Part shown: in pieces, positions 1 to 11,722 of the stretch
How positions within the stretch are numbered: the stretch's first letter is position 1
How the letters are laid out: every line of letters starts with the position of its first letter
NCBI GenBank assembly: GCA_964615725.1
Contig: CAZTPW010000001.1
Location: 18,700 to 82,699 of the forward strand
DNA: 64,000 nucleotides
Source: an uncultured Candidatus Saccharibacteria bacterium
Lineage (GTDB): Bacteria; Patescibacteriota; Minisyncoccia; Phycocordibacterales; CAZTPW01
Reading direction: 5' to 3'
The notes under the pieces: model-generated
Databases searched by the model: none
The model's input: only the letters and a program-made list of their open reading frames with translations
What the model was told of the DNA's origin: nothing
Made by a program: the position numbers and the translations under genes

Positions 1-1
1 A

Positions 2-2716
2 CATAGGCTTTCGTGTTTTGTAATCAACAACATTGACTACACCATCGCGGATGATTTCAAGCTTATCAAGCTGGCCCTTGAGAAGGAGTTCGACCGTCTC
101 TGTCTTTTTGCCATGGGAAATCTCAACCGGAATATGCACCCCTGATTGTGAAAATTCTGTCAGGAGGGCACGAGGCCAAGTGTTTTGGTAAAAAGCGAGG
201 TAGCCTTCAAGGGCTTCACTTCCCTTCTTGAGTGATTCTTCAAAATCAGTTTTATTGAAAGGAAGTTTTGAGAGATTGTGCTGGAAAAGTGTAATGAATT
301 CATTTTTTGAGAGAGTCTTTTCTTCCTTATAAGCATTAAAAAATGCTCGCAGTGTCTCGTGCATCGCAATTCCATAGAGCTGATGTTTGGTCTGAGCTTG
401 AGGAATGCGAATGAGATTTACGAAAAAATATCTCCACGGGCATTCAAGATAATTGTTGAGTGCAGTTACAGAAAGTCCTTGCTCGAGAAAAAGTTCCCGG
501 ATATACGTCGAATCACTGAGTGGAATAGGTCTTCGTCGAGCCTCTTGAAACTGCTCCTCAGGTGAAGCGGCATAGGTTTTTTCAATTTCAGTTGTGGAAA
601 TAACGTGTACGAGATTTGGATTGATCTCAGAGAGAAACTGACTTGGCAATGTTTCTCTTCCATCATCAGTATGATTGCTCCATGTGATAGTTATAGATTT
701 TTTGGCTCGTGTAAGTGCTACATAGAAAAGACGTCGCTCATCCTCCATCGCACCATCATCTGAGATGCGTTGCTCAAGAATTGGTATGAAAAAAGACTTT
801 TTACGAGATGTATTTCCCCAGTGACCATTTACTACACCCACAATAAAAACATAGTCGAACTCAAGACCCTTCGAGCGGTGGGCGGTCATCAATCGAACGC
901 CACTTTTTTTAAGTGCACCACCTCCTCCGCGCACCAAAATTCCATGCTGTTCTACGAGATCAATCCATGCGATGCAATCGCGCAAAAAGTATTCTCGATG
1001 GCCCCCTGCTAGGGTTTTTATTTCTTGGTAAAAAGCCTCGAGTGTTGCCATATCTTCAAGTGAAGATTCACGTGCCAATAATGCATTCATATAGCCTGAC
1101 TCACGAATAATTTCAGAAAACACTTCTGGGAATGTCTTCTGACGAGCATGTGCAGCCCAACGACGCGCATTATCAGCAAAACGAGTAATTGCCTCGGGGT
1201 TTTTAAGACTGAGAGTTTTAAGGTGTGCTTTATCTTGAAGAAGATCTGAAACTGACCGTCGGAGTTTTGAAGCTTCGCTTATGACGACAAAAGCATCGAG
1301 TGTTTCAATACCCAAAAAATCAGCAAAAAGTACCTCGCTGAGGTGATGATCAGCATTCATCGTATGCACAACGCGAAGTAAAAGAATGAGGCTTCGAATA
1401 TGTGGCTCTTTGAGAATATCCTTATCGGATTCGATTCGATACGGCACCCCCCTCCTATCAAGCGCTGAGGCGATGCTTTGCGCATCACGATTTTCACGAT
1501 AAAGAATCGCGATCTCCTCAGGGTGCACACCTTTTGAAATAAGCTCTGCGCATGTATCCGCAATATACCGATCTTCAAAAAGAGGCTTGCTGAACTCACA
1601 CACAAAGACCACACTCTCTTTTGATGCTGGGGGTTTTTGGTGAGACTTGAGTTGTATGCGTTTTCTGCCCTCTGGAAGGGTATTGTTCTCAATGAGACTA
1701 TGAGCGCTGTCGAGGATTGCTTGTGGTGAGCGATAATTGTATTCAAGATCAATGATTGTGGCCTTTGGATACAACGTAGTGAAATAGAGGAAGTTTTCAA
1801 GAGATGCTCCTTGGAAACGATAGATCGCTTGCTTCTCATCACCCACAATAAAGAGATTGGGGTTGTCATGAAAATTTGAGAGGAGCTCAAGAATAGCATT
1901 CTGCGCATTGTTTGCATCTTGATGCTCGTCTGCCAAAATATACTGAAAAGACTCTTGGAGGATAAGCAAAAAATCCTGATCTTTTTTGAGTGCTTGAATC
2001 ACCTCGAGAATCATGTCCTCGAAATCGTAGAGTTTTTTCTCATTGAGTGCCTTCTCGTAGGCTTCGTAAACTTTTGCAAGCTCCTCGTTTTTATCGATCT
2101 TTTCTCGGAGTTTTATATATTCTCCTTTCATTTTTCCTTTATGGGCACCTTTTTCATGAATCAGATCAGGAATTTTTTCAAAATCCTTACGCTGATCTTT
2201 TACAGATTGGATGAATTGTTTGGGTGAGATTGCTTCGCGCTTGAGAGATTTTATAGTACTGAGAATGGGACGTACATAATAGAGCGTATCACCAAAGGGG
2301 CGCAAAAGTTCGAGATTACTTGTTTCAATAATCTCCTCCATAAGCTTCATCTGATCAATGTCAGTAATAGGAACAGAACTGATTATTCTCGGAAATTTTT
2401 CTGGATACTGCTTTATACAGTCGTTGCAAAATCCGTGGAATGTATTGATAGCAACTTTGTATGCGGCAGGGCCAATAATCGATACGAGTTTTTTCCGCAT
2501 TGCATAAACACCAGATTCAGTAAAGGTAAGTGCGAGGATTGTCTCGGGCGCAGTATCGGTCTGTTTGAGAATATTTGCGATACGAAGGGTAAGAATTGAG
2601 GTTTTACCAGTTCCAGGACCAGCTATAACCATCACAGGACCATCGATTGTGTCGACAGCCTTTTTTTGACCAGCATTAAGTTTTTGGTAGAGAGAATCAA
2701 ATAGTTCGGCACTCAT
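2..2716 (-). CDS. UvrD/PcrA-family ATP-dependent helicase with C-terminal PD-(D/E)xK nuclease domain (3' end runs off window)
   Basis: Not in the ORF track, consistent with no stop inside the window. Manual translation from ATG at 2716 gives MSAELFDSLYQKLNAGQKKAVDTIDGPVMVIAGPGTGKT (Q motif + Walker A). The same frame at the window edge reads VVDYKTRKP (RecB-type nuclease motif). Interior frame not checked codon by codon. Confidence 0.85.
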   Translation of the reverse strand, partial: MSAELFDSLYQKLNAGQKKAVDTIDGPVMVIAGPGTGKTSILTLRIANILKQTDTAPETILALTFTESGVYAMRKKLVSIIGPAAYKVAINTFHGFCNDCIKQYPEKFPRIISSVPITDIDQMKLMEEIIETSNLELLRPFGDTLYYVRPILSTIKSLKREAISPKQFIQSVKDQRKDFEKIPDLIHEKGAHKGKMKGEYIKLREKIDKNEELAKVYEAYEKALNEKKLYDFEDMILEVIQALKKDQDFLLILQESFQYILADEHQDANNAQNAILELLSNFHDNPNLFIVGDEKQAIYRFQGASLENFLYFTTLYPKATIIDLEYNYRSPQAILDSAHSLIENNTLPEGRKRIQLKSHQKPPASKESVVFVCEFSKPLFEDRYIADTCAELISKGVHPEEIAILYRENRDAQSIASALDRRGVPYRIESDKDILKEPHIRSLILLLRVVHTMNADHHLSEVLFADFLGIETLDAFVVISEASKLRRSVSDLLQDKAHLKTLSLKNPEAITRFADNARRWAAHARQKTFPEVFSEIIRESGYMNALLARESSLEDMATLEAFYQEIKTLAGGHREYFLRDCIAWIDLVEQHGILVRGGGGALKKSGVRLMTAHRSKGLEFDYVFIVGVVNGHWGNTSRKKSFFIPILEQRISDDGAMEDERRLFYVALTRAKKSITITWSNHTDDGRETLPSQFLSEINPNLVHVISTTEIEKTYAASPEEQFQEARRRPIPLSDSTYIRELFLEQGLSVTALNNYLECPWRYFFVNLIRIPQAQTKHQLYGIAMHETLRAFFNAYKEEKTLSKNEFITLFQHNLSKLPFNKTDFEESLKKGSEALEGYLAFYQNTWPRALLTEFSQSGVHIPVEISHGKKTETVELLLKGQLDKLEIIRDGVVNVVDYKTRKPM

Positions 2717-2761
2717 AGAATGCATCTATTATGCCCTAGAAATCACTTTCTCTCCACTTAT

Positions 2762-3292
2762 CTAACTACTTCTCCAAGGAACGCCAATTTTTGGGAGCAA
2801 CCAACGATCAACTCCCCAGTATCCAGCCACTTTCCATGCGAGCATAACGGCAATAGCGAGGGTGAAAAGAATTGGATTCGTGCTCACAGTTCCAGCAAGA
2901 AGATAGTTGAGATTCATAAAAAGACCGAAGAATGCTGCGATACCGGTAAGCGCACCAAGAATGAGTGCTATACCCACCAAGACTTCGCCATATGCAACAA
3001 GATGTGACCAGAAACTTGCATGTGGAAGTACTGAATGTTCGAGAAAATAAGCATACCAACCCTGCACATCAGGGTGAAGGCCAGTTGTTTTGTTTAAAGC
3101 CCCATGAATGAATCCTTCGAGTGCTTTTCCAGAACTTGGTCCTACCCATACTGGATTATAGACTTTTTCAACGCCTGCAATAAGCCACTCATAGCCGAGA
3201 TAGATACGCACAACAAGCCAAAGCCACGCTGATTTTGTATTTGAGAATAAAAATTTTGAAATTGGTGATTCTTCTACGTAAACAATTGCCAT
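2762..3292 (-). CDS. DoxX/DoxD-family membrane protein
   Basis: 176 aa, several hydrophobic helices, RIYLGYEWLIAG and GEVLVGIALILG motifs typical of DoxX. Confidence 0.85.
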   Translation of the reverse strand: MAIVYVEESPISKFLFSNTKSAWLWLVVRIYLGYEWLIAGVEKVYNPVWVGPSSGKALEGFIHGALNKTTGLHPDVQGWYAYFLEHSVLPHASFWSHLVAYGEVLVGIALILGALTGIAAFFGLFMNLNYLLAGTVSTNPILFTLAIAVMLAWKVAGYWGVDRWLLPKIGVPWRSS

Positions 3293-3445
3293 GTTTTTTA
3301 AAAAAATTATAAAAAATTAGTAACAAGATACGCCTTGCCGGGATTTTCCAGGGGGAAATTTCATACTGTTAGTATACCATGGACTGTCTTGACACGTGGT
3401 GTCAGGAGTGGAAATATACCATTAGCTATTTCACCCCCAAACAAC

Positions 3446-3458
3446 GCTCTTTTGAACA
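3446..3458 (+). promoter_or_regulatory. boxA-like element GCTCTTTTGAACA upstream of orphan gene
   Basis: Resembles boxA consensus GCTCTTTAACA; 9 nt before ATG 3468. Confidence 0.45.
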
Positions 3459-3467
3459 AGGAACTCT

Positions 3468-4094
3468 ATGAACGATGAACCTTATGGGATTCTTGGTGTG
3501 TACCAACATGATCCAAACGCTACATACGTCATCGACGCTGAAACATTTTTTGCTGAAAATCTTCTTCACCTTATCGAACACCTCGATATTGCCCCTAAGA
3601 ACATTACGATCGATTTTCACCTCTCATGGGACCGTGGAGAGATGACCGCAATCCTGATTGACAAGCAATCAATTCGGTTTGAAGTTAGTCGGGAAATGTT
3701 TTTGGGCCGGTGTACTCTTTATGAACATGATCTCGCTTCACTTATCCAATACCTTTGGATGGCGATATTCCGGGTTGTGCGCTACGCGGTTGTTGTGTGG
3801 CAAAAAATGAATGGGATCAACCCCCAACACACCACACTTCACGCCGGAAAAAGACTCGGTGTTCCTGAAGAATCGATCGATCTCCTGCTCGACCAAAGGG
3901 TAAAGAGTGATGATTTGGAAGGATTTCTCGAAGTTTGCGACAGTTGGATCCGTGCTTGGTGCGGCTTTCAACTCGTTGAGCGATCCAATACAGCTGAAGT
4001 TGAAACCCCGCTCGAACAATTGTTGGACCTGCTTCGTTGCAATGGCGAAAACATCACTGCTGAAATGCTGATACCACCTGTTCCTTTTGATTGA
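3468..4094 (+). CDS. hypothetical protein (stand-alone orphan)
   Basis: 208 aa ORF with own leader and terminator; no recognised motif. Confidence 0.65.
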   Translation: MNDEPYGILGVYQHDPNATYVIDAETFFAENLLHLIEHLDIAPKNITIDFHLSWDRGEMTAILIDKQSIRFEVSREMFLGRCTLYEHDLASLIQYLWMAIFRVVRYAVVVWQKMNGINPQHTTLHAGKRLGVPEESIDLLLDQRVKSDDLEGFLEVCDSWIRAWCGFQLVERSNTAEVETPLEQLLDLLRCNGENITAEMLIPPVPFD

Positions 4095-4117
4095 TCGGGC
4101 ACGTTGTGTGCCGTTGT

Positions 4118-4142
4118 GCCGCCCCTTGCGGGGCGGCTTTTT
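4118..4142 (+). terminator. intrinsic terminator
   Basis: GCCGCCCC-ttgc-GGGGCGGC-TTTTT. Confidence 0.85.
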
Positions 4143-4154
4143 GATATTGGTAAT

Positions 4155-4178
4155 AAAAAGCCACCCTTTCGGGTGGTT
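4155..4178 (-). terminator. intrinsic terminator
   Basis: Minus strand CCACCC-GAAA-GGGTGG-CTTTTT. Confidence 0.8.
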
Positions 4179-4197
4179 GAAAAAACTCGTGAGCGCA

Positions 4198-4836
4198 CTA
4201 CGCTACTGCGAGTTCGCGTTCACGTACCGACGAAGGATCCTCCAGGGCGTTTGTGCGGAAAACAGGTAATGGGACTAGGGATTGCACCTGCCCATAAAAA
4301 CTGCCTGATGGGACGTTCTCCGGTATGAGTGGCAGATCAGTCACGTATGTACCAGATTCGGTGCTGTACTTCATTTCGAGCTCGCTGAGGATTTCAACAA
4401 GCATCTCAAAGTCCGGGGCACCCCAATAGACATGAGGATTTCGACCCACTGCGAATCGCACTTCCCCGTCTACATCACGAACCACACGTATCCATACTGC
4501 CACTACACCATCGCCTTTTGGGTTATTGGCGCCAGTGACGGCGATTGGTAGTGTGAAGTGATCCAGGTCGTTCTTAATAAGATGGTTGAGCACATAGCTC
4601 ACCACCCCTAGCGCAATGCGCCGACTCCAATCATGGTGATTCTTTTCTACCTTGCGCTGCGTAAGTGCAGCCCAAGTAAAGCCCATGAATACTGATGGCG
4701 GTAGCCACACAATAGTGTAGGCTATGCCGACGACAATGAGCGCAATGCTCGTTGGAAGCAACACCGCCACAAGGATACAGAATGCGAACACAAGGCCGGC
4801 CTTGATGAAAAGCTGGCGAACAGAAGTATTTTTCAT
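4198..4836 (-). CDS. hypothetical membrane protein (stand-alone orphan)
   Basis: 212 aa, N-terminal hydrophobic helices, own promoter and terminator. Confidence 0.65.
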   Translation of the reverse strand: MKNTSVRQLFIKAGLVFAFCILVAVLLPTSIALIVVGIAYTIVWLPPSVFMGFTWAALTQRKVEKNHHDWSRRIALGVVSYVLNHLIKNDLDHFTLPIAVTGANNPKGDGVVAVWIRVVRDVDGEVRFAVGRNPHVYWGAPDFEMLVEILSELEMKYSTESGTYVTDLPLIPENVPSGSFYGQVQSLVPLPVFRTNALEDPSSVRERELAVA

Positions 4837-4851
4837 GTACAGAGTAAGTTT

Positions 4852-4903
4852 TGTTTAAGGAGCGATAGATCAGCATTTTACCACTATAGGGGCCTAAGGT
4901 CAA
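4852..4903 (-). promoter_or_regulatory. sigma70 promoter followed by boxA-like element
   Basis: TTGACC (4898-4903)-17 nt-TAAAAT (4875-4880), then GCTCCTTAAACA (4852-4863). Confidence 0.65.
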
Positions 4904-4914
4904 TAGGAAACCAC

Positions 4915-4945
4915 GAAGAAAGCCGCCTTTGGGGCGGCTTTCTTC
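4915..4945 (-). terminator. terminator of rpoBC-dnaG-rpoD unit
   Basis: GAAGAAAGCCGCC-5 nt-GGCGGCTTTCTTC inverted repeat downstream of rpoD. Confidence 0.8.
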
Positions 4946-4996
4946 TAAAACATTTACTCCAGCTAGAATTTGCCTCTAAAAGCGTTAAAAATGCCT

Positions 4997-6241
4997 CTAG
5001 TAGCTCTTCAGACGGTTGACCTTGTCATGCTGTCGAATCTTCTCATGTGCCTTTGCCTCGATCTGTCGGATTCGCTCTCGAGTAACCCCGAACTTCTGGC
5101 CCACTTCCTCGAGGGTGTGGGTAATGCCGTCCATAAGTCCGTGTCGCATTTCAAGAATCTGTCGCTCTTTTTCGCTAAGGTCATCGAGAATTTCTTTGAC
5201 CTGATCAGCGAGAATTCGTCGAGACGCTTCCTGATCTGGAGAAAGAATCTTGTCGTCTGGTAGGAAGTCACCGAGTACAGAACGCTCGTCTTCCCCATCC
5301 GCACCAACCGGCGCTTCGAGAGAGACGGTATCCTGATCAATTTTTTCGATAGTGTAAACCTTATCTACATCAAGTCCCATTTCAACGGCGATTTCTTCAG
5401 GGAGTGGATCTCGTCCAAGGTCCTGTGAAAGGCGTCGGTGGACCTGCTTGTATTTTGCAATGGTTTCTACCATGTGCACTGGCACTCGGATTGTTCGAGA
5501 CTGATCAGCGAGAGCACGAGTGATTGCCTGTCGAATCCACCATGTCGCGTAGGTTGAGAATTTATATCCTTTTGTCCAATCAAATTTATCTACCGCTTTA
5601 AAGAGACCAAGGTTACCTTCCTGAATGAGGTCGAGCAAGGTGAGATCCGGTGAACGACCAACATATTTTTTCGCAATAGAAACCACAAGTCGAAGGTTTG
5701 CACGAGCGAGAAGATTTTTTGCCTCCTCATCTCCTTTTTCAATACGCTTTGCCAAATCCTTTTCCTGGCTTGCGTGAATAAGTGGGTACTGACCAATTTC
5801 CTTCAAATACATCTGAATTGAGTCGTATGAAGATTCGCTCTTTCCACTGTAGGTATTTTTGTCCTTGAGAAGGTCCTCGTTGTTTACATCAAGCATTCCT
5901 CCGCCCTCAAGCACGTCGATGCCAGCGTCGCCAAACTTTGAGTAAAGTTCGTCCAAGAAAAGAATATCCTCCTCAACGTGTGGGAATTCTTTCAAAATTT
6001 CGTCATAGGTCACGAAGCCGCGCTCTCGCCCCTTAAGGATGAGTTTCTCTGCGCGCTTTTCGAGCTCCGCCGCTTTCATCTTTCCCTTTTTGATAGGTGT
6101 GATTTCGTCAGCAACCTTTTTAACGTTATCTTGAAATGCTGCTCCGACCGCTTTTTGCTTTCGAATCTTTGGAACTTTTTCAGCTTTGGCTTTTGCTTTT
6201 GGCTTTGAAGATTTTTTAGCTTTTTTTGTTGTTTTTTTCAT
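4997..6241 (-). CDS. rpoD: RNA polymerase primary sigma factor
   Basis: Region 1.2 ([10 protein letters not shown]), 2 ([26 protein letters not shown]) and 4 ([12 protein letters not shown]). Confidence 0.97.
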   Translation of the reverse strand: MKKTTKKAKKSSKPKAKAKAEKVPKIRKQKAVGAAFQDNVKKVADEITPIKKGKMKAAELEKRAEKLILKGRERGFVTYDEILKEFPHVEEDILFLDELYSKFGDAGIDVLEGGGMLDVNNEDLLKDKNTYSGKSESSYDSIQMYLKEIGQYPLIHASQEKDLAKRIEKGDEEAKNLLARANLRLVVSIAKKYVGRSPDLTLLDLIQEGNLGLFKAVDKFDWTKGYKFSTYATWWIRQAITRALADQSRTIRVPVHMVETIAKYKQVHRRLSQDLGRDPLPEEIAVEMGLDVDKVYTIEKIDQDTVSLEAPVGADGEDERSVLGDFLPDDKILSPDQEASRRILADQVKEILDDLSEKERQILEMRHGLMDGITHTLEEVGQKFGVTRERIRQIEAKAHEKIRQHDKVNRLKSY

Positions 6242-6256
6242 AATAATGCTTGATGG

Positions 6257-8008
6257 TTATGGTTGACGCTTCGACAAGGTATCCTTCATTTTTGATATTC
6301 TGTTGAATTCATCGAGGAGATCCTTTTTTCTTTTTTCATCCCTACTTTGCTCTGCCCTACTCATTTCTGCCATGATGGCCATCTGTCTATCTCTGAGATA
6401 TTCCTCTTGGAAGCGTTCGCAGAGTTCTTTTACGATGATGGGTAGGTGTTCGGATTTGTCGTAGGCCACTTCTGCTTCAAGGATGAGATCGTCTTTGTGT
6501 GGAGCGTAGCGGGCAAGAATTTTTTCGCTGTACCCGGGCTCTGATATTGCATCAATCGATGACTTGATTGATTGCGGATCGACAGCTTGGGTGGGTGTCG
6601 ACTGCTGCCAGAAAAGGATGGCTGCCAGCATTCGTTCCACAGAGACAGTTTTCTTTGAATCCTGATACTGTGGGAATGGGTTGGCAGGATTTGCTTTTTG
6701 GTTCGCTTCGAGCGAACGCAAATCCTGCCAAATCGCTTCTTCTTTTACCTGACTCTTTTTATGAATCAAAGCAATGAAGTGTGACTTTTCCATCGTACTT
6801 TCAAGTCGCGCCACAAATGGCAACACTTTTGTCAGAATTTCTTTTGACCGCTGCCTCATATCAGGAACTGTCGCCACAACATGATCGGTAGCAAATTCGA
6901 TAATATGCACTGCGTTTTCAAGAGCTTTTTTCCATGCTTCAGGATTTTCCTTGATAAGATCCGCTGGATCGTCGTCAGTGGGTAGCTGAGCGACTTTCAC
7001 TTCAAGACCCATTCCGAGCGCCATTTCAGCACTTCGAAATGCTGCCTTTACCCCAGCGCCATCTGGATCAAATGACAAAATCAATGTCTTCGCGAGTTTT
7101 CGTACACGATCAAGATGCGTCTCAGTCAGCGCAGTGCCTGAAACGGCAACCGCATTTCCCGTGCCCACTTGATGAGCCATAATGAGATCTACCTGACCTT
7201 CAACGAGCACCGCAGCGTCTTTTTCTCGAATAGTCTGCTTTGCTTTATGGAAACCATAGAGCACTTCAGATTTATGGAAGAGTTCGGTTTCAGGACTGTT
7301 CAAGTACTTGGCACTTTTGCCATCATCCTCGAAAATTCTTCCCGAAAAAGCAATGACGCGCGCTGAACTATCAAAGAGTGGGAACATGATTCGACCGCGG
7401 AAACGATCGTAAAAATTTCCCTCGATTGATGCTTGCGAGCTTTCATCGTCACGCTCCTTTCGCTTGATGAGCCCCGCCTTCTCCATATCTGTTTCGGTGA
7501 AGCCTTTTCCTTTGAGGTAGGTCGAGACTGAGCGCCATTCTGCTGGGGCAAAACCAATACGCCACTCTTTTATGGTTTCTTTTGTAAGTCCACGCTTCAA
7601 AAGATATTCGACGACTGCTTTATATTTTCCATCTGCATTTTCATACAGTGTTTTTTGGAAAAATATTGCCGCTGACTCCATACACCGGAAAAGACGATCT
7701 CTTTCACTTCGTGCTTCAGGGCGTTCTTTGGTGAGCTCAACCCCCGCTCTTTGGGCGAGAATTTTGAGTGCACCCATAAAATCAAGCCCTTCAAACTCTT
7801 GGACAAAAGAGAAAATGTCGCCCTTTGCACCACACCCAAAACAATAGTATGAGTTTCGAGCTGGTGAGATATAGAACGATGGGGTTTTTTCGTTGTGAAA
7901 AGGACAGCGCGCTTTGAAGTTACCGCCCGATTTCTCGAGCTTAATATACGAACCTGCTACATCAGCAATGGAGAGTCTTTCTTTGATTTGCTCTACGTGC
8001 GATGACAT
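6257..8008 (-). CDS. dnaG: DNA primase
   Basis: CPFHNEKTPSF/CFGC zinc finger, KYLNSPET, TOPRIM EGQVD and FDPDGAG. Confidence 0.97.
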   Translation of the reverse strand: MSSHVEQIKERLSIADVAGSYIKLEKSGGNFKARCPFHNEKTPSFYISPARNSYYCFGCGAKGDIFSFVQEFEGLDFMGALKILAQRAGVELTKERPEARSERDRLFRCMESAAIFFQKTLYENADGKYKAVVEYLLKRGLTKETIKEWRIGFAPAEWRSVSTYLKGKGFTETDMEKAGLIKRKERDDESSQASIEGNFYDRFRGRIMFPLFDSSARVIAFSGRIFEDDGKSAKYLNSPETELFHKSEVLYGFHKAKQTIREKDAAVLVEGQVDLIMAHQVGTGNAVAVSGTALTETHLDRVRKLAKTLILSFDPDGAGVKAAFRSAEMALGMGLEVKVAQLPTDDDPADLIKENPEAWKKALENAVHIIEFATDHVVATVPDMRQRSKEILTKVLPFVARLESTMEKSHFIALIHKKSQVKEEAIWQDLRSLEANQKANPANPFPQYQDSKKTVSVERMLAAILFWQQSTPTQAVDPQSIKSSIDAISEPGYSEKILARYAPHKDDLILEAEVAYDKSEHLPIIVKELCERFQEEYLRDRQMAIMAEMSRAEQSRDEKRKKDLLDEFNRISKMKDTLSKRQP

Positions 8009-8021
8009 AGGCTGGTTGATA

Positions 8022-11000
8022 TTATTTTTGGGTTTGTTCGATTGAAGTTTCGTCTGATGCGATCGTTCGGGATGCTTTGCTTACCATCATTTCTTTCTGG
8101 CTTCCTTTGAAACCTGAACCAGCTGGGATCAATCGGCCGATGATCACATTTTCTTTGAGACCAATGAGGGTATCTTCTGTACCTCGGACTGCTGCGTTAA
8201 TGAGAACACGTGTTGTGTGCTGGAATGACGCTGCTGAAAGGAAGCTCTTTCGGCTCAATGAGATTTCTGTGATTCCCATCACCGTTGCTTCGCCCTTTGC
8301 ACCAGTCTTTCCTGCCTTCTCCGCCTTTTCATTTTCACGATCAAGGTCAGCGATTGAAATCACGTCGCCCACAGAAAGTCCTGTGTCGCCTGGATCCTTC
8401 ACAACCTTTCGTGAGAACATCTGTCGCACGATAAGCTCAATATGCTTTCGAGAAACTGGTTCTCCTTGAAGTTCGTAAAGTTTTGAAACTTCAGTAATGA
8501 TGTAGTTTTCAGCAAGGTCAGTACCTCCATATTTGAAGATTTCGTCGATATTTGCAGAACCGTCAGTGATGATTTGACCCTTGGTCACCTTGTCACCAAC
8601 CTTCACAAGAGGAAGACGCTTGTAGTTTACAACGTACTCGATATCCTGCTTTTTCTTTGCTGATTTTTCACCAATATCAGGAGTAACAACGATTACTCGC
8701 TCCTTACCCATATCCTTGATTTCGGTAACCATACCATCAACCTTGTTGACGATTGCTGGGTTTTTCGGAGCTCGCTTTTCGAAGATTTCTTCAACTCGAG
8801 GAAGACCTTGAGTGATGTCTCCGCCTGCTGACGCAGCACCTCCTTGGTGGAAGGTACGCATCGTGAGCTGAGTACCTGGCTCTCCGATCGCCTGAGCTGC
8901 AACAGTACCTACTGCTTCACCGATTTCTACAAGGTGATTCTTTCCAAGGTCAGCACCATAACACTTCACACAAACACCTCGATGAGATTTACAGGTGAGT
9001 GGTGATCGAACGCTGATTTCTGTGATTGCTTCAGTATCGAGCTTGATTGCATCTTCTTTACTCAAGAGATGACCCTTTTCAAAGAGTACCTTTCCGTTCT
9101 TCTCGACAGGAGCACTCAAGATTCGGCCTCGTGCATTCTTGGTAAATGAAACTTCCATACCTGAAGCAGCTGCCTTCTTCATGATCATTCCTTCTCGTGT
9201 ACCACAGTCGTTTTCAGTAACGATAGCATCCTGCGCCACATCGAAGAGACGTCGTGTAAGGTAACCAGCCTTTGCGGTGTTCAACGCAGTGTCAGTAAGA
9301 CCCTTTCGTGCACCGTGAGTAGTAATGAAGTATTCGATTGGTGTAAGACCCTGCTTGGTTGAGCTCAAAATTGGGAACTGAATTGTCTCTCCAGATGCTG
9401 CTGCAATGAGACCCTTCATACCTGCCATCTGAGTAATCTGACCATACGAACCTCGAGCACCTGAATTCACCATGTTTGCCACTGACGCATGCTTTGGCAA
9501 TGAATCTGGGATGAGTTTTTCAACTTCAGCCTTTGCGTTGTGCCAAATTTCGATATTCTTTGTAAGCTTTTCATCCTCTGAAAGGAAACCGAGGTTGTAA
9601 TTGTTCAAAACTTCCTCTGCTTCTTTCTTAGCAGCTTCAATAATCGCAGTCTTACCCTTTGGCTCCTGGATATCATCGATACCCCATGTAGTACCAGAGA
9701 ATGATGCGTACTTGAATCCGAATGACTTAATCGCGTCGAGGATTGGAGCAACGTGTTCCATTCCGTATCGGTTGATGAGATCATCAACGATTGTCGCCAT
9801 GTACTTTCGGTTTACTTCCTTGTTGATGAAAGGATAGTCAGCTGGCATGATTTCGTTCAAGAGAAGTCGTCCGACGGTAGTCTCGATGAGCTTTCCTTCC
9901 ATACCCGCAAACTTTACGGTATTTGGAGCGAGAATCTTGATCTTTGATCGAAGGCTTACTCCGCCAAAGTTTCGAGCAGTAATAGCTTCCGCTGGATCAG
10001 CGAAGTATTTACCTTCACCCTTTCCACCTGGAACTTCTACGGTCATCCAATAACAACCAAGAATAATGTCGAGCAACTTTGCTGTAACGGTAGGCTCGCC
10101 TGAACCTGGCTTCAAGATGTTTTTGTCAGCAGCCATGATGTTTGCTGCTTCTGCCTGAGCTTCATCTGAAAGAGGAACGTGGACCGCCATCTGGTCTCCG
10201 TCGAAGTCAGCGTTGAATGCTGTACATACGAGTGGGTGTACCTGAATAGCGTTTCCTTCAATCAAGATTGGCTGGAAAGCCTGAATACCGAGTCGGTGAA
10301 GTGTAGGAGCACGGTTCAAAAGAACGTACTTACCTTTGATTACGTCTTCGAGAATTGCCCACACCTCTGGGAGTTCTTCGTCGATCAATCGGTTTGCACC
10401 TCGAATGTTAAAGGCCAATTCTTTTTCAAGAATCTTTGAGATAACGAATGGTCGGAAAAGTTCCAAGGCCATGTGCTTTGGAATACCACATTGGTTGAGC
10501 TTGAGGTCTGGACCCACAACAATCACTGATCGTCCTGAGTAGTCTACTCGTTTACCAAGCAAGTTTGCTCGGAAGAGACCTCGCTTACCCTTCAAGTTGT
10601 CTGAAATAGACTTGAGTGGTCGTCGCTGTGCCTGAGTCAATGCACCGCCGCTGTTTGCACCGTGTCGAATGCTGTTGTCGAGGAGACAGTCAACTGCTTC
10701 CTGGAGAATTCGCTTTTCGTTTCGGAGAATAACGTCTGGAGCATGGATTTCCTTGAGCTTTTTCAATCGGTTGTTTCGATTGATAACTCGTCGGTAAAGA
10801 TCGTTTACATCTGATGTCGCAAATCGTCCTCCATCCAATGGAACCATTGGTCGAAGTGCAGGTGGGATGACTGGAATGTTTGTGAGGAACATCCATTCTG
10901 GTCGAATCTCTGACTTGATCATTGCCCGCACAACGCTGATTCGCTTATTGAGCTTCTCTTTTTCAAGAGAGTTTGTTTTTTCGAGTTCACCTACGAGATT

Positions 11001-11717
11001 TTTCTCGAGCTTTACAAGGTCGAGGTTCTTCAAAATATCGTAGATTGCTTCTGCGCCGATCTTTGCTTCAAAAAGTGTTCCGTACTTTACTGAGAAATTG
11101 TGATAAGCAACCTCATCAAGCACAACACCTACCTGAATACCATCAATTTCCTTCTTTGCATTGAGCAAGAGTTCTTTGAGAGCATCTTTAGACTTTTCGT
11201 CCTGGAGGTTTTTTACCTTTGACTTGTATTCTGAGTCGAGATCCTTCAAAAGGTTTTCTCGATCTGCTTCGTTTACACCAGTAATGATGTAGCCGGCAAA
11301 GTAGATAACCTTCTCGAGGTCTGCTGTAGACATACCGAGAATGAGACCGATTCGTGAAGGCATGCTTCGGAGGAACCAGATATGTGACACTGGTGATGCG
11401 AGCTCGATATGACCCATTCGTTCTCGTCGAACGATAGATCGTGTGATTTCAACTCCACATTTTTCACAGACAATTCCCTTGTAGCGAACACCGCGGTACT
11501 TTCCACAGTAACATTCGAAGTCCTTGTCTGGTCCGAAAATCTTTTCATCAAAGAGACCGTTTTTCTCAGATCGCTGAGTTCGGTAGTTGATGGTTTCTGG
11601 CTTGGTAACTTCGCCGAATGACCACTCTGCGATTCGCGCAGGTGAAGCAACCTTGAGCGCCATTGCGTCAAAGTCGTTGAACGTTACATTTTTTGGTTGA
11701 TTGTTATGTTCTTTCAT
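8022..11717 (-). CDS. rpoC: RNA polymerase beta' subunit
   Basis: NADFDGD catalytic motif, N-terminal zinc finger, [13 protein letters not shown]. Confidence 0.99.
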   Translation of the reverse strand: MKEHNNQPKNVTFNDFDAMALKVASPARIAEWSFGEVTKPETINYRTQRSEKNGLFDEKIFGPDKDFECYCGKYRGVRYKGIVCEKCGVEITRSIVRRERMGHIELASPVSHIWFLRSMPSRIGLILGMSTADLEKVIYFAGYIITGVNEADRENLLKDLDSEYKSKVKNLQDEKSKDALKELLLNAKKEIDGIQVGVVLDEVAYHNFSVKYGTLFEAKIGAEAIYDILKNLDLVKLEKNLVGELEKTNSLEKEKLNKRISVVRAMIKSEIRPEWMFLTNIPVIPPALRPMVPLDGGRFATSDVNDLYRRVINRNNRLKKLKEIHAPDVILRNEKRILQEAVDCLLDNSIRHGANSGGALTQAQRRPLKSISDNLKGKRGLFRANLLGKRVDYSGRSVIVVGPDLKLNQCGIPKHMALELFRPFVISKILEKELAFNIRGANRLIDEELPEVWAILEDVIKGKYVLLNRAPTLHRLGIQAFQPILIEGNAIQVHPLVCTAFNADFDGDQMAVHVPLSDEAQAEAANIMAADKNILKPGSGEPTVTAKLLDIILGCYWMTVEVPGGKGEGKYFADPAEAITARNFGGVSLRSKIKILAPNTVKFAGMEGKLIETTVGRLLLNEIMPADYPFINKEVNRKYMATIVDDLINRYGMEHVAPILDAIKSFGFKYASFSGTTWGIDDIQEPKGKTAIIEAAKKEAEEVLNNYNLGFLSEDEKLTKNIEIWHNAKAEVEKLIPDSLPKHASVANMVNSGARGSYGQITQMAGMKGLIAAASGETIQFPILSSTKQGLTPIEYFITTHGARKGLTDTALNTAKAGYLTRRLFDVAQDAIVTENDCGTREGMIMKKAAASGMEVSFTKNARGRILSAPVEKNGKVLFEKGHLLSKEDAIKLDTEAITEISVRSPLTCKSHRGVCVKCYGADLGKNHLVEIGEAVGTVAAQAIGEPGTQLTMRTFHQGGAASAGGDITQGLPRVEEIFEKRAPKNPAIVNKVDGMVTEIKDMGKERVIVVTPDIGEKSAKKKQDIEYVVNYKRLPLVKVGDKVTKGQIITDGSANIDEIFKYGGTDLAENYIITEVSKLYELQGEPVSRKHIELIVRQMFSRKVVKDPGDTGLSVGDVISIADLDRENEKAEKAGKTGAKGEATVMGITEISLSRKSFLSAASFQHTTRVLINAAVRGTEDTLIGLKENVIIGRLIPAGSGFKGSQKEMMVSKASRTIASDETSIEQTQK

Positions 11718-11722
11718 GGCGA

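Noticed and set aside
160-2227. Many short ORFs suggesting a fragmented or recoded region
   Set aside because: They are alternative-frame ORFs over one long minus-strand helicase gene that lacks a stop inside the window.
3390-3404. Palindrome TGACAC-gtg-GTGTCA in the divergent DoxX/orphan spacer
   Set aside because: Single short occurrence, explicable as opposed -35-like hexamers; no regulator nearby and no second copy seen.
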